Positions 52,946 to 64,000 of a stretch of 64,000 nucleotides of DNA are shown in pieces. Position 1 is the stretch's first letter. Each line of letters starts with the position of its first letter. The notes beneath the pieces are model-generated. The model saw only the letters and a list, made by a program, of their open reading frames with translations, did no database searches and had not been told where the DNA came from. The stretch spans positions 27,094,001-27,158,000 of the forward strand of contig OZ287752.1 in NCBI GenBank assembly GCA_965649765.1, in the 5' to 3' direction. This stretch comes from Bispira polyomma. Taxonomy: Eukaryota. A program made the translations under genes and the position numbers.

Positions 52946-55264
52946 CTAAAACGAAAATTAAATGCCACATACATAAACGATCGTAATATTGCACACATAA
53001 CCTAAATCTGTCACCTACTTAAATAGTTACTTGATTTTAAATGCCTACAAAGATAAAGTAGAACACATTTTGATGTTGTGGTGTGCTTAACTGTAAGACT
53101 TTTTATCAATATGTGACCCCTCTAGTTTATATTGATAAAAATGATCAGAGCTAAACTACATAAAACAAGGGTTGTCTTTTAAAATATACTCAGACAGACT
53201 GCGTCTGATAACAATAAATCTGACACCCCTCAGTTTGAATGGGTTGATTGTTTCTAACCAATCCATGAAGGCCTTATATATTATTTCTAAGATGGTAGCG
53301 CCTTTTTTAATAGTGGCGTCCTTTTTAGAATAAAAATAATAGCAGGTTACGCCTGATAAAATCCTTGTAATAGAAATAAATCATCTGTAAGTTAGTTTGA
53401 GGACTTAGATAAGGCTATGAAAGTACCACACCAGACAATAAAATAGTTATAATAATTTGTTTACTTTACATGAATTTTTAAGTTTCAAATGAAATGGTCA
53501 TAAAAAAGGAGTAAATTGTAATAAGCATTACCACAATTTAAGTGAAATTGTCACATAAAGGAGTAAAATGTAATAAATCTAAAGAATATCAACAATTTGA
53601 TAAATGACCTTTTTGACGACAGGCTTTTATATAAACATGTTAAAAAAGTATTCAGACAGCTAGAAATTTAAATAAGAAATTTATCTAAAACAATAAAACT
53701 TGCATGACAAGCCATTGTTATTAAAATAATTCTATTTTTTTTAGAAAAAAAGGTAGACAAATCTTAACCTAAGTGTGCTCAGGTCAGTCATAGATTACCT
53801 GTTAGTGGAAGTAAATGTTTCACAGCAGGTAGACAATTAGTAGATACTGATAAAAAGGGCTTACTCACTAAATCCTACCATTTCCTAAATGCCACTAACT
53901 GCAAAATAAGAGCACCACTTGAATATCACTTAGATTAAGGTGCAGTTTGCATTTGTCATTTAATCATGTTATGGCATATAGAATCCTAACTTTTTTCCTG
54001 TCAAATTTTGAGATTGAACAGTGAACTGTCAAAATTGTTGCTTATGCCCCGGTCGCCCCTGGATTCATGTTAGGCTATGTTACTCCCGCAGGGTCTCGCA
54101 GATCTTTGATGCAAAACTCCACGCACAGGTAAAATAATTATCTAAAAAAACCTCAAATCCACGCTAAAATTTATGTCAATGTACGCAAAAACAGTTGCTT
54201 TAGGATGTGCGGAGACATATTATGTTATGTCAAAGCCCCTTAGACTATGTAGACATCTATGTAAAGCTATGTTGTATTACACTGAGAGTTACTTGAGGAT
54301 GATAGATTACGCCTCCTCTCGCACAGACATACAAATATTTACGTTGACACACTTTCATTCTGACAGGGTTTACGTGACCAAATTTTGAACAGTTTAAAAA
54401 TTGAAATTTCTTGCGTACCATCTCCCACACCAGCCTATGTACATGCACGTACAACACAGCAAAGGCATAAACTCCATGCAGACTCCATATAAACTTAATT
54501 TTTACAATAGATCTAGTGTGAAGGCCTATGGCCACTAGGCGTTGTGCTGTGCATTGTTTTACACTGGAGTGACAGATAGAAAAGTAAAGACTGTATGCAT
54601 GGACATGGAATACGGACAAGTATAACATACGGCCTAATGCACTGTTTCCCTACACACATACAAGTCGTCAATATACCTCAAAATATTTCCTTCTTGGAAA
54701 TTTCTTAGGATGTGCTTTCATAAAAAAAAATGCGCCTGTATCAATTTTTTATGGTTACAGAAGGAAGAAGCATGAAGAAATATTCACTGTTTGTAACTGT
54801 GAAACTAATCAATGGTGTCTGTTAATAATAATCATTTTAATTTAATTATCAGACATTTGACTACAGTTTCGTTATTCAGTCCATGATTTAGTACTCGCTT
54901 GTGATACTGCAATAGTCCAGCATCAAATAGCTGTCGTTCTTCGCAGATTGCTCTAAACAAGGGTCTGCAGGTTCTTTTGGTAAATATATATATCTCTGAG
55001 TTCCTGTAATATATAAGGCTTGTTTCTGCCTAAATAAATTTGAATATTTGTTTCTTGATGAATGAGCATTGCCTAAAGTCACCGAAAGGTGCTCTATTAG
55101 GTTAACATCCGGTAAAACAATTAGGTAAATTCAATTTATCAGAAGATTGTATCTCAGCATTTGTAACAACCCTGTATATATAGTAGATTCTATGTATGAA
55201 TAGTAATTGCAGGTAAAAAAAACTAATGAAAAACAGAGATTCCCGTTTCTCTGGCAATGCCCCT

Positions 55265-55780
55265 TATGCCATGGTCACACTGGGCTTACATTTTGAATAC
55301 GCACAAAAAAATGGCTAACGTAAGGTAAAAAATGATGAAACGTAAGCAGAACCTGTCCCTTAATATCCCTTTTTTGCAAAAAAATAAAAAATTTCTAGCA
55401 GCTCGAAATTTATGGCTGTTTTCCTGAAATGGTTGGTGCGTTTGCGGAAAACGCATGACACATATTAAATGCATATATGACTTAAAAGATGAAAGTAAAA
55501 TGAACTATACATCCAAATAATAAATAGAAACGAGGCGTACGAGAACGAAACGGGTTTAGAAACATGGCTTATGTATTTTATAACGTGGCTAATGATATGA
55601 ACATAATTAAAACGGCTATTAAAATGTGTTAAATGTGTGTACAAAAGTGTACAGAAGGTGTACAAAATGGCTCATACATTGATTTTTTGCTATATTTCCC
55701 AAATTTTCACTTCGTTTATTTCCATTTTCTTACATTTGCACAATTTTAAAAGCGAAAGTGCTCTCTGTGAGCACGGCATA
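55265..55780. mobile_element. Harbinger-like TIR element
   Basis: TTA|TGCCATGGTCAC ... GTGAGCACGGCA|TAA; relatively CpG-rich interior. Confidence 0.5.
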
Positions 55781-58700
55781 AAAGACTTAGTGAAATGTTT
55801 TATCACACATTTCAAGTAATAATATCAATATAACTGACTCAAAACAGCAAAACACTAGAAAAATAAGTTTTTAATATCTTTTCAATATCTTCCCTAACAC
55901 CGATTTGTATCAAAATATTAAACCTTAGTCCAAGTTCAGATTGGGTTGTTTTCAAAGATATCTAATCCATAAAAAACTAGCCTCTAGATATTAACAAGCC
56001 TCTTCAAGTGTGTATAGTGTGGATAAGCCTTAATTAACAACAAAAAACCCCAAACCCCAAGTAATTTCTATAAAATGCTAGTATCAAAGACTGTAAGAAG
56101 ATTTCATTACACACACTAATGGATTGATGCTATCACAGTCATCCCACAATGAATAGACAGATATAAGGATTTATGGGAAGAGAATGAAATCAATGACTGT
56201 CTCTCTTCTTCTAAACTGTCAAGAGGATACTTAGCAGGGAGATTGATGTTTTTACTTGATTTGTTGCTTTATTCTCTAATAAGTGAAAAGTGATCGTCCT
56301 TTTGTTGTGTAGATGGATTATATTAGCTAAATAAAAAACAATATAATATAAACCAAGGAAGGGATTCACAGCAAAGTGTAAAAACAGGAAGTATTAGGGT
56401 GACAAAATTAGGGTTTCAGAGACATTTTTGTTCTTGGCAATAATTTGATATACACCGAGTCCTGTATCTATAAAAAAGGGTCTCAAACCTAAAACTCACA
56501 TCATCTCAAAGTATGATGACAATGCTGTATCTTTGCCTACAATAAATGTCTGTCCATTCTAAATATTTCACTCTCTCTATTTTACTCTATTAAGCTCTGT
56601 TAAATTTGACTGGTATCAGAGTATTTCCCACTAATAGGGACATCTTTTAAAGTTGTATTTTTGAGCTGAATTTCATTTGGGTTTAACATCACTTTCAACA
56701 CATTGTATAGGTCATATCATGACGGTCAGTTTCAGTTCTGGTCAAAACCAGTGTGTACTACTTCGTCAAGATTCTACATTGTAAACTGACCATTGGTACA
56801 ACTGCCACTTTCAAACTTAAAGCTGAGTGTGTTAGCAATGCGCCACAAGACAGCTATATTTTTGAGTTAAAACACAAGTTTAAGCTCAACCGTATTGATA
56901 ATATATATTTCCATCTACACACAATTTGTATAGGTTAGGGTACAAGATGACGATCACTTCAGGATGTCCAACGACCTGCTTAAACCATACTCCAACAGTT
57001 ATTTTAGATTAATAGGTCAACTATTTAGTGAATACATACATATATATATATTTCTCTGCCAAAGAGGTTATGTATTTGCCAGTGTCCGTTGATTTACTGG
57101 TTTGTTTGTTCGCCATGAGGATTACCCCGAAATAATATGTCAGGCCTTCATGGATTGGTTGAAAGCAATCGATCCGTCCAAACTGGGGGGGTGTCTGATT
57201 AATATGAGTATCTAGTGGCCATATCAACGTTAGTGTATTTCACACTGTGTCCCCTGTGTCTTTTTTAGAAGACAACTCTTGTTTCGACTTTTGGCACACA
57301 GTAATACCTTGCTCCTGAGTGTCCTTCTAGTTTCTATATATTTCCAATATAACTTGGTCATTATCACAATTCGGTGTGGTTACTTTGTTTTCCATGTGAT
57401 AGATATATATTCTAAGATTATACGTTACTGTACTCAATCTAATGCATTGACACAAGGCTTTAGTGTTAGTGTTATAGGGTTTATAACATCACTTTCAACA
57501 CGTTTTGTATCATTTCATGACAGCCTGTTCACTGTTGGCGATGGAAATCAGAACAAGGGTAATTGGTCAAAAAAGGTTTAATCTACTCTGGCCTTTAGAC
57601 TGCCAACTTTTTCATGTACACTGTGTTTACATGCAAGGGCTGAGATTTGAACCCACACAGGCAGATGTGGGAGGTGACTGTGTTACTATTGCACCACCAA
57701 TGCACCTCAATCACACAGAGCTAGTGAGGTCATCACCAGTTAAAAATGGCATCACGTTATCACCAGATTTTCATGATAATATCACAATAATATCATGATT
57801 TAAAATGTTTACGTAAAATCCTCTTTCCCCAAAAAAGTTTTGTTGGCTTAATTTATTTACATTGTGAGATCATTGGTCAATGTTTTTGTTATATTTTATG
57901 AAATACAGAGATTTTGATGCACTTTTTATGGTTCCCCTATTTCATTCATAAATTGGTCTAAAATTAGCAAACTTATGTATTAAATTTAGTGGTTTGCATG
58001 TACAAGTACCTAAAACAAAAAGTAAATTGGAAGTCCCCACCTTCGATAATAACACAATATCATGATACATGATGACATCTCTATATGCAGCATGATAATG
58101 TGTCCCTATGGCTGAGTGCAGTTAAGGGCTTGATATACTTACACAACACGACACCTCACTACAGAGTACGACATGGCACAGGACGACAGTACTATTTGCA
58201 TCAAACACGATACCCCACTAAATAATCAATATAAAATACATACATCACAAAAACTGAGGTTTTACCTTTGCAGCCATTTGTGCACAAACAATATAGAAAT
58301 TCGCAATAACTCTGCAGCTGCCGTATTGTGTTGTGTAGAAAGCAGTAAAACCTTTATATATATCTGATTTATTTGTAGTGTAGTGTCGTGTAGTTGGCTG
58401 TGTATAAAGGCCTTAACACAGTTGCTGTAAAACACAGCAGAACTGGGTTTAATTCCAGATACAGGCTACTGACAATTTAAAATGGCAGTTGTTTGGAGAC
58501 CTCGGGTACGCTAACTGATGGTCATCCACAAGTTGCTATCTTCTGCGCCAGGTGGTTGTTGCCTGAACTTTTACAATCAAGGAAAGGTTAACTTTGTGCT
58601 CTGAATATAGGCAACCGTGATATAGTATCGCATCGATATAGTATAGTATGTGCATAGTATCACTATATATAGTACAATGCTTACAAATCATCTGGAATAA

Positions 58701-59398
58701 ACTAGTAAATTAACATTTTGGGTGTTTTTTTATTATAAACAACAACATTTGAACCCATGACCAAAGAGGTTGAGGGGGGCTTCAGAGGTCCAGTGGTTAG
58801 AAGCATTAGCTTTCACAATCACTGTGGAAAATTTTGTCAGGGACTTTCCATTTCTTCCACCATTGAATCCGGCTGAAATGATATGACCTTTTAAGCTTCT
58901 GTAAGGGACATAATTCCCAACTAAATTCAACTATGTGCAGAGACGGGAGTCGAGTGGGCCACCACTACTCCACCAAGGCCCCACATAGGGAATGTTGTAA
59001 AAAGGCTACTAACGTTATAAAAATACCACATTAGAGATACTGCCTCGGAATGTCAACCAGAATACGATTGCAGCAGTTTTTATCAGGTGTAGCCTCATAT
59101 TGATTTTATTCTGAAAAGAGCGCTACCATCTTGGAATGGATTGGTTGGAAACAATTGACCCAGCCAAACTGACGGGGGTGTCAGCTTAATATTATCAGGC
59201 ACTGTCTGATATTGCCGCCTTGCTGGAAATAACATGTAAGGCCATTATGGATTGGTTGGGAGCAACCAACCTGGCCAAACTGAGGGGTGTCAGATTAATA
59301 TTTCTAACACTGAGCGGCTGTAATGCAACGATGATGGGGTTAGGCTATGTTTTTTTATTCCTCTATGTGAATCAAATTCAAATCAGATATTCTAGTGA

Positions 59399-59401
<3 letters not shown>

Positions 59402-59445
<44 letters not shown>
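59402..59445. repeat. (TA)n microsatellite (also (TA)n ~51553-51575, (GT)n ~21377-21392)
   Basis: Direct inspection. Confidence 0.95.
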
Positions 59446-59449
<4 letters not shown>

Positions 59450-59655
59450 TCCTGCATTTTCTCTAACCCATTGTTCTATTTCTTGCCATATTCTTTCGTG
59501 AAACTTACTAGCAGCTGTAAGATTGTTTCTCCACTCTCCACCCCCAACAATGGCCACAAGTTTGTATGCTCATTTTGTTTATAAGAGATTTTGTGCGCTC
59601 AATATATTAGACAATATTGTAACCAAAGAATATTATTATCGTCAATACAATTGAA

Positions 59656-59910
59656 TGGGGCCACGGTGGCCTAGTGGTTAACAAGCATTGTGCTTCACAA
59701 TCACTGGTCTCTCACCTCTGGGCGGCGTGAGTTCGAATCCCGTCAATGCCTATGTGGGAAAGGTGGTAGTTCCTTACTGTGGGCCGCTGGTTTCAGTGCA
59801 GAACCTTGATCAACTGTATACAGTGTTTCCTCCAGCGTTTCCAACTACCCGTAACAATATAACCTAAACAGGTACTAGAGTGGACATTAAATATCCCTAT
59901 TCCCAAAAAT
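59656..59910 (+). mobile_element. SINE family A, TSD TCAATACA(A/T)TTGAA
   Basis: TSD 59642-59655 / 59911-59924. Confidence 0.94.
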
Positions 59911-62896
59911 TCAATACATTTGAAACACACTTTGCAAGCCCTTTTCCAGTCAATGTGACCTATGCCCCCCCCCCCCCCCCAATATTTCTGTTATAATGTT
60001 TATGTCACATAGTTATCACTGTGCTGTTTCAGCATCGTGATATTTGTAAAAATCTCCACTACCTCTATCTGATTTACACAATCATTGTATTTAAATCGCA
60101 GTACGATTTTTTAAAGCTTATGTCATACACGTATTTAACCTGTGGTAGTCTAAAAAATATACTAATATATGAAAATTTTTCTGAATTATCCTTTGGGGAA
60201 AAAAATTCCTATTTTCGTCAAATATATCTGCTGGACAGGTAATGCCTTTTTCAAACCATTTTGGATAGAACATAGGTACACGTGAAATATGAGGATTATA
60301 CCATGGAGGTGATAAATTTAGATAATTCGGATATTTAACTGGAATATTTACAGATATCTCATTCCATGTTTCCGAAAGGTCACGTCATATAAGAGTTTGT
60401 TACTTGGTTCATTACTAATTTTGACCACAGACCACACATAAGTAGAAGTTTCCTTTTGGATTTAACATTATAATTGATCAAATTGGTTTTTTTGTGTGCA
60501 TTATCGCATTAATTAACAGTCTTATCTAAGTTTTTTTTTTATCGCAGCTGTGTCTTTTTAAAAGACAACTCTTGTTGGTGTATGTTCGTGTCTGTAAAGG
60601 GTAGAGACAATCTTGTTGGGATCTCTCCGAAATACGATTGTTCCTGTGACTGATTAAGAGGGGGGGGGGGACTACAGCTGTGTAGTGTGTAGTGCATGAG
60701 ACCAAAAGCAGTGGATTAATTTAGCTAATTAGCATCCAAGGGAAATACCTTGGTCGTCTCTTAATTCTGGCTAATAGCAGCACACATAGGCAACAAATAA
60801 TGTGTAGCTTTTATATTCTATGAGGGTAGATACAGTAGAACCTCTATCATTTAAACATGTTGGGAGGGGAAAAGGGGAAATGATTTCATAAAATTAAATA
60901 TTTGGATAAATATACAAGTAGAACAGAAAGAAAACATGGATTCTTACTAAATGTACCTTAATGCATCTTAATGAAAGGTATTAAGATATTAAGGACCAGC
61001 TTAGTGTAAAACATAAACATACTTGCAGTAAATATTATAATTTCGTTAAAATAGGACATCTTTGTTATCAAATGAGAAGTTTGAAATGGCAAGAGGTCGA
61101 ATTGTAAGCATATTGAAAGCCACAAGGGCCGACAGTGGCTATTGGCTAACACACTCACACAAGAACGCAGAGGACCTGGGTTATATCCCATCTCAGTTAT
61201 CCTAGTTACAGGCAGTCATCTTTAATTGGGCCCTATCCTGTCGGTAAGGCTTACTCTGCATTGAAGGCTTTGGAATTGAACTCTTCAGGAAAATAAGGAC
61301 TGTTTCTGTTTGTCTTCATTTTTAAAATAGTACACAAATACTATATCAATTTTACATTCAGCACTCACAATACTTTACTGCATATTACTCATCATCAAAA
61401 CAGAATCAATATGCAATACAGTCTTTTTTAAAGTAGAAATTGATAGCAGCTTTTAACACATTAAAAATTATTTCTGCACAATCACATATGGGGAAATTGC
61501 CATTATGTTTATTTCCATGTTCAATATTCATCAATAAAAAGTAGTTTCCAGCCAAAACAAGGGTCAAATTCTATTAAAAAACACACCTATATATTACTTG
61601 CCTTTGGGATTAACATCGTTTAACAAAAAAAAAAAAAAACCCCAAACAAACAAACAAAAAAACACACATACAAACAAATACTACAAACAACAGTAGCAAT
61701 TTAACATTTGAGCTTAAGCTTAAAAATTTTAAGGTTTTTTTTAAGGGGTTGCATGTGGACCCCAAACCTTTAAGAGACTGTAAAGTAAGACAATCTGGTA
61801 AATGTAAGATTCAGAATTATATTGGGTCATATTCTGTAGTTTTTTTTTTCTTTTGTCCATTACACAGAGAAACTATTTATACCTGAAACTTGTTGTTTTC
61901 TCGGTTTTTGTCCATTCCTTCGAGAGTATATTGTTGAATGGGCATTGTAGAAGTGCCGGAAAAGGTTTGGTTGTGTGAGTACAATGGACTTCTCAGAGAG
62001 AAGGGGGCAGAGGGGAACTGACTATAAGAACTGATCTGCATGTGTAGTGTGTGTGTAGTTGTAGTAGCAGAAGAAGTGGTGTTTACCACAGCTTTTCCTG
62101 TGATAATTAGAGATGTCTAGCAAAGCAGTAGTGGACAACTAGAGAATGCTTGTTTCAAAGAGGAGATTGAGGAGGAGGCAATGTTTTTATTTCCCGTGTG
62201 AGTGGGTAGAATAGAAATTGTGTTCCTTGTGGAAGTTTAGATCTTGATGTTTATGTGAAAGTGTTGGGAGTGGAACCAAAAAACCCAAATATTTGGGACG
62301 TTTGTCATTTGTTAGTTGTCAACAATGCTTGATTATATTGTATTTTTTTTTTTATACATGACCTAGTTTTTTTTCTGAAAATAATAGGGATATTAAATTT
62401 GTAATTCGTGTCCCTTTAAATTACTGAAAAAATAGGGGCAATCAGTTTGTAACTCTGTGTGTCTGGCGAGGCTATATCTCTGATTGATGGATTTTAGCTT
62501 GTGATTGTTTTAACGCATTTAGCCTCCTGTGTGGAAATGGGGTGGATATAGTTAAATTATTAAAATGCTGTAAAATTAGTATGCTATAATTTTGGCAATA
62601 ATAGAGAGAAAACGACCAAAACATTAATTTAGAACATCACTCAATATGGGTTTGAACTATTCATGAAGCCAGAACCGGTGTTTTAAAGACAATAAACAAC
62701 TGTAATTTGCTTAAAAGCAGGTGATTAATTTATAATGTCATACTGTAGAAGTTTATGACAAGCCCGAGCCAAAAGACACACAGTATAACATTGGATATAA
62801 ATCTTATATTTAGAAAGTGGAATAATGTGAAACTTACACAGAGAAAGAGTGAAGTGTACAAAATACTGGGGGAGTGTTAAAAAAACAAGGGTTAAA

Positions 62897-64000
62897 ATGA
62901 CGCAAGTCAATAGAACAGCTATGGTAAATGAATCTCTGTTCATGAGCCATGCTGAAATCGAACGTCTCTTAAGCGAGAATGAGCAGCAGTTGATCGGAAA
63001 CAGCAACTTTGATGTAGCGACCCAGGTGATACTGATCGCAGCCTTTGCCATTTTGATCATGTTTGGCACGACTGGCAACGGGTTAGTTTGTTATGTGGTG
63101 GCCAGAAACCCTCACATGAGAACACCAAGGAACATCTTCATCATCAACCTGGCCATATCCGACTTAACCCTCTGCCTCTTCACGCAGCCATTTAACTTGA
63201 TGAAGGTGTCCGTCCCCATGTGGAGACTCGGGAATTTCATGTGTAAGTTTGTGCCCATGTTTTGCGGGACTAATTTGTTCGTGTCTACTATCAGTATTAC
63301 GGCCATTGCCCTGGACAGATTCCAGGTCATTGTCTACCCCACCAAGGACAACATGAAAAAGGTAGGGGCGGTCATCTCACTGCTGTCCATCTGGGTGATC
63401 TCCTTGCTGATGGCCAGCCCAATGTTAGTCTTTAACATCACCAAAGGTGTGGAAATTGTCGAAGGGTATGTACTTTACGAGGTCTGTGTGGAGAATCCAA
63501 ACCTCCATTACGAGAAGAGTGCGTATTCCATCGCCTCTATGATATTTCAGTATTTGGTACCCATCTTCATAGTCACCGTCGCCCATGCCCGCATATGTAA
63601 CAAACTCAAATACAGGATGGTCAACCAACAAAGCAACCTAGCCGTGGCGGCATCGCACTCGCCTTTTCTGAGACGTAAAAAGCAAATCGAGGCACAGCGA
63701 AAGCGGAAGACCAACCTTTTGTTAATTTTCATTGCTGTTGTGTTTTCTTGCAGCTGGATGCCTCTGAACATCTTCAACATTCTGGCAGACTTTGACTATA
63801 ACATTTACAAACAGCTAGACAGCAAAGGGCTCGTGTTTCCCATCTGCCATCTACTCGTCTTAAGCTCGGCATGTACAAACCCAGTGTTGTACGGCTGGCT
63901 AAATGAAAACTTCAGGAAAGAGTTCATCCGTGTGTTGAGTTGTGGGAGAAACCGTGCCAACAACAATAATAGAGGGCCAAACAGTGGCGTACGGAATGGG
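62897..64000 (+). CDS. NPFR: Neuropeptide F/Y-type rhodopsin-family GPCR, intronless through TM7, 3'-truncated by window end (368 codons visible)
   Basis: Uninterrupted ORF MTQVNRTAMVNESLF... with N-glycosylation sequons (NRT, NES), TM1 GN, NLAISD, VSTISITAIALDRFQVIVYPT, CSWMPLN, NPVLYGWLNENFRKEF; these strings closely resemble protostome NPF receptors. Confidence 0.9.
   Translation, partial: MTQVNRTAMVNESLFMSHAEIERLLSENEQQLIGNSNFDVATQVILIAAFAILIMFGTTGNGLVCYVVARNPHMRTPRNIFIINLAISDLTLCLFTQPFNLMKVSVPMWRLGNFMCKFVPMFCGTNLFVSTISITAIALDRFQVIVYPTKDNMKKVGAVISLLSIWVISLLMASPMLVFNITKGVEIVEGYVLYEVCVENPNLHYEKSAYSIASMIFQYLVPIFIVTVAHARICNKLKYRMVNQQSNLAVAASHSPFLRRKKQIEAQRKRKTNLLLIFIAVVFSCSWMPLNIFNILADFDYNIYKQLDSKGLVFPICHLLVLSSACTNPVLYGWLNENFRKEFIRVLSCGRNRANNNNRGPNSGVRNG

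Noticed and set aside
62725-63780. Minus-strand ORFs in the track overlapping the receptor
   Set aside because: Antisense shadows of the GPCR coding sequence, which the track missed because it has no stop within the window.

Overview
AT-rich, repeat-dense animal genomic DNA. The SINE/MITE/Helentron-type repeat landscape suggests a spiralian invertebrate, probably a mollusc, but this is inference. Three protein-coding genes were reconstructed by hand from splice sites. (1) The 3' half of a GRK4/5/6-subfamily G-protein-coupled receptor kinase (+; nine coding exons 4018-21357, 960 nt, frame-consistent; 5' exons lie upstream of the window). (2) A complete 7-exon LHPP phosphohistidine/phospholysine phosphatase (-; 42231..34301, 825 nt, 274 aa), convergent with GRK. 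(3) An intronless NPF/NPY-type GPCR (+; ATG 62897, open to the window end, absent from the ORF track). Introns and intergenic DNA contain eight young tRNA-derived SINE copies with ~14-bp target-site duplications (TSDs), older SINEs, L2/CR1 3' ends, Tc1/mariner-, hAT-, Harbinger- and piggyBac-type MITEs, and Helentron-like elements. Best leads: an inverted SINE pair placed immediately outside GRK exons 11466 and 19832 (back-splicing/circRNA architecture); GRK-LHPP-NPY-receptor linkage echoing the vertebrate chr4/5/10 paralogon; atypical ligand-pocket residues in the receptor; atypical catalytic-motif residues in LHPP; several candidate alternative GRK C-termini. I found no convincing wholly new system; these are testable leads.
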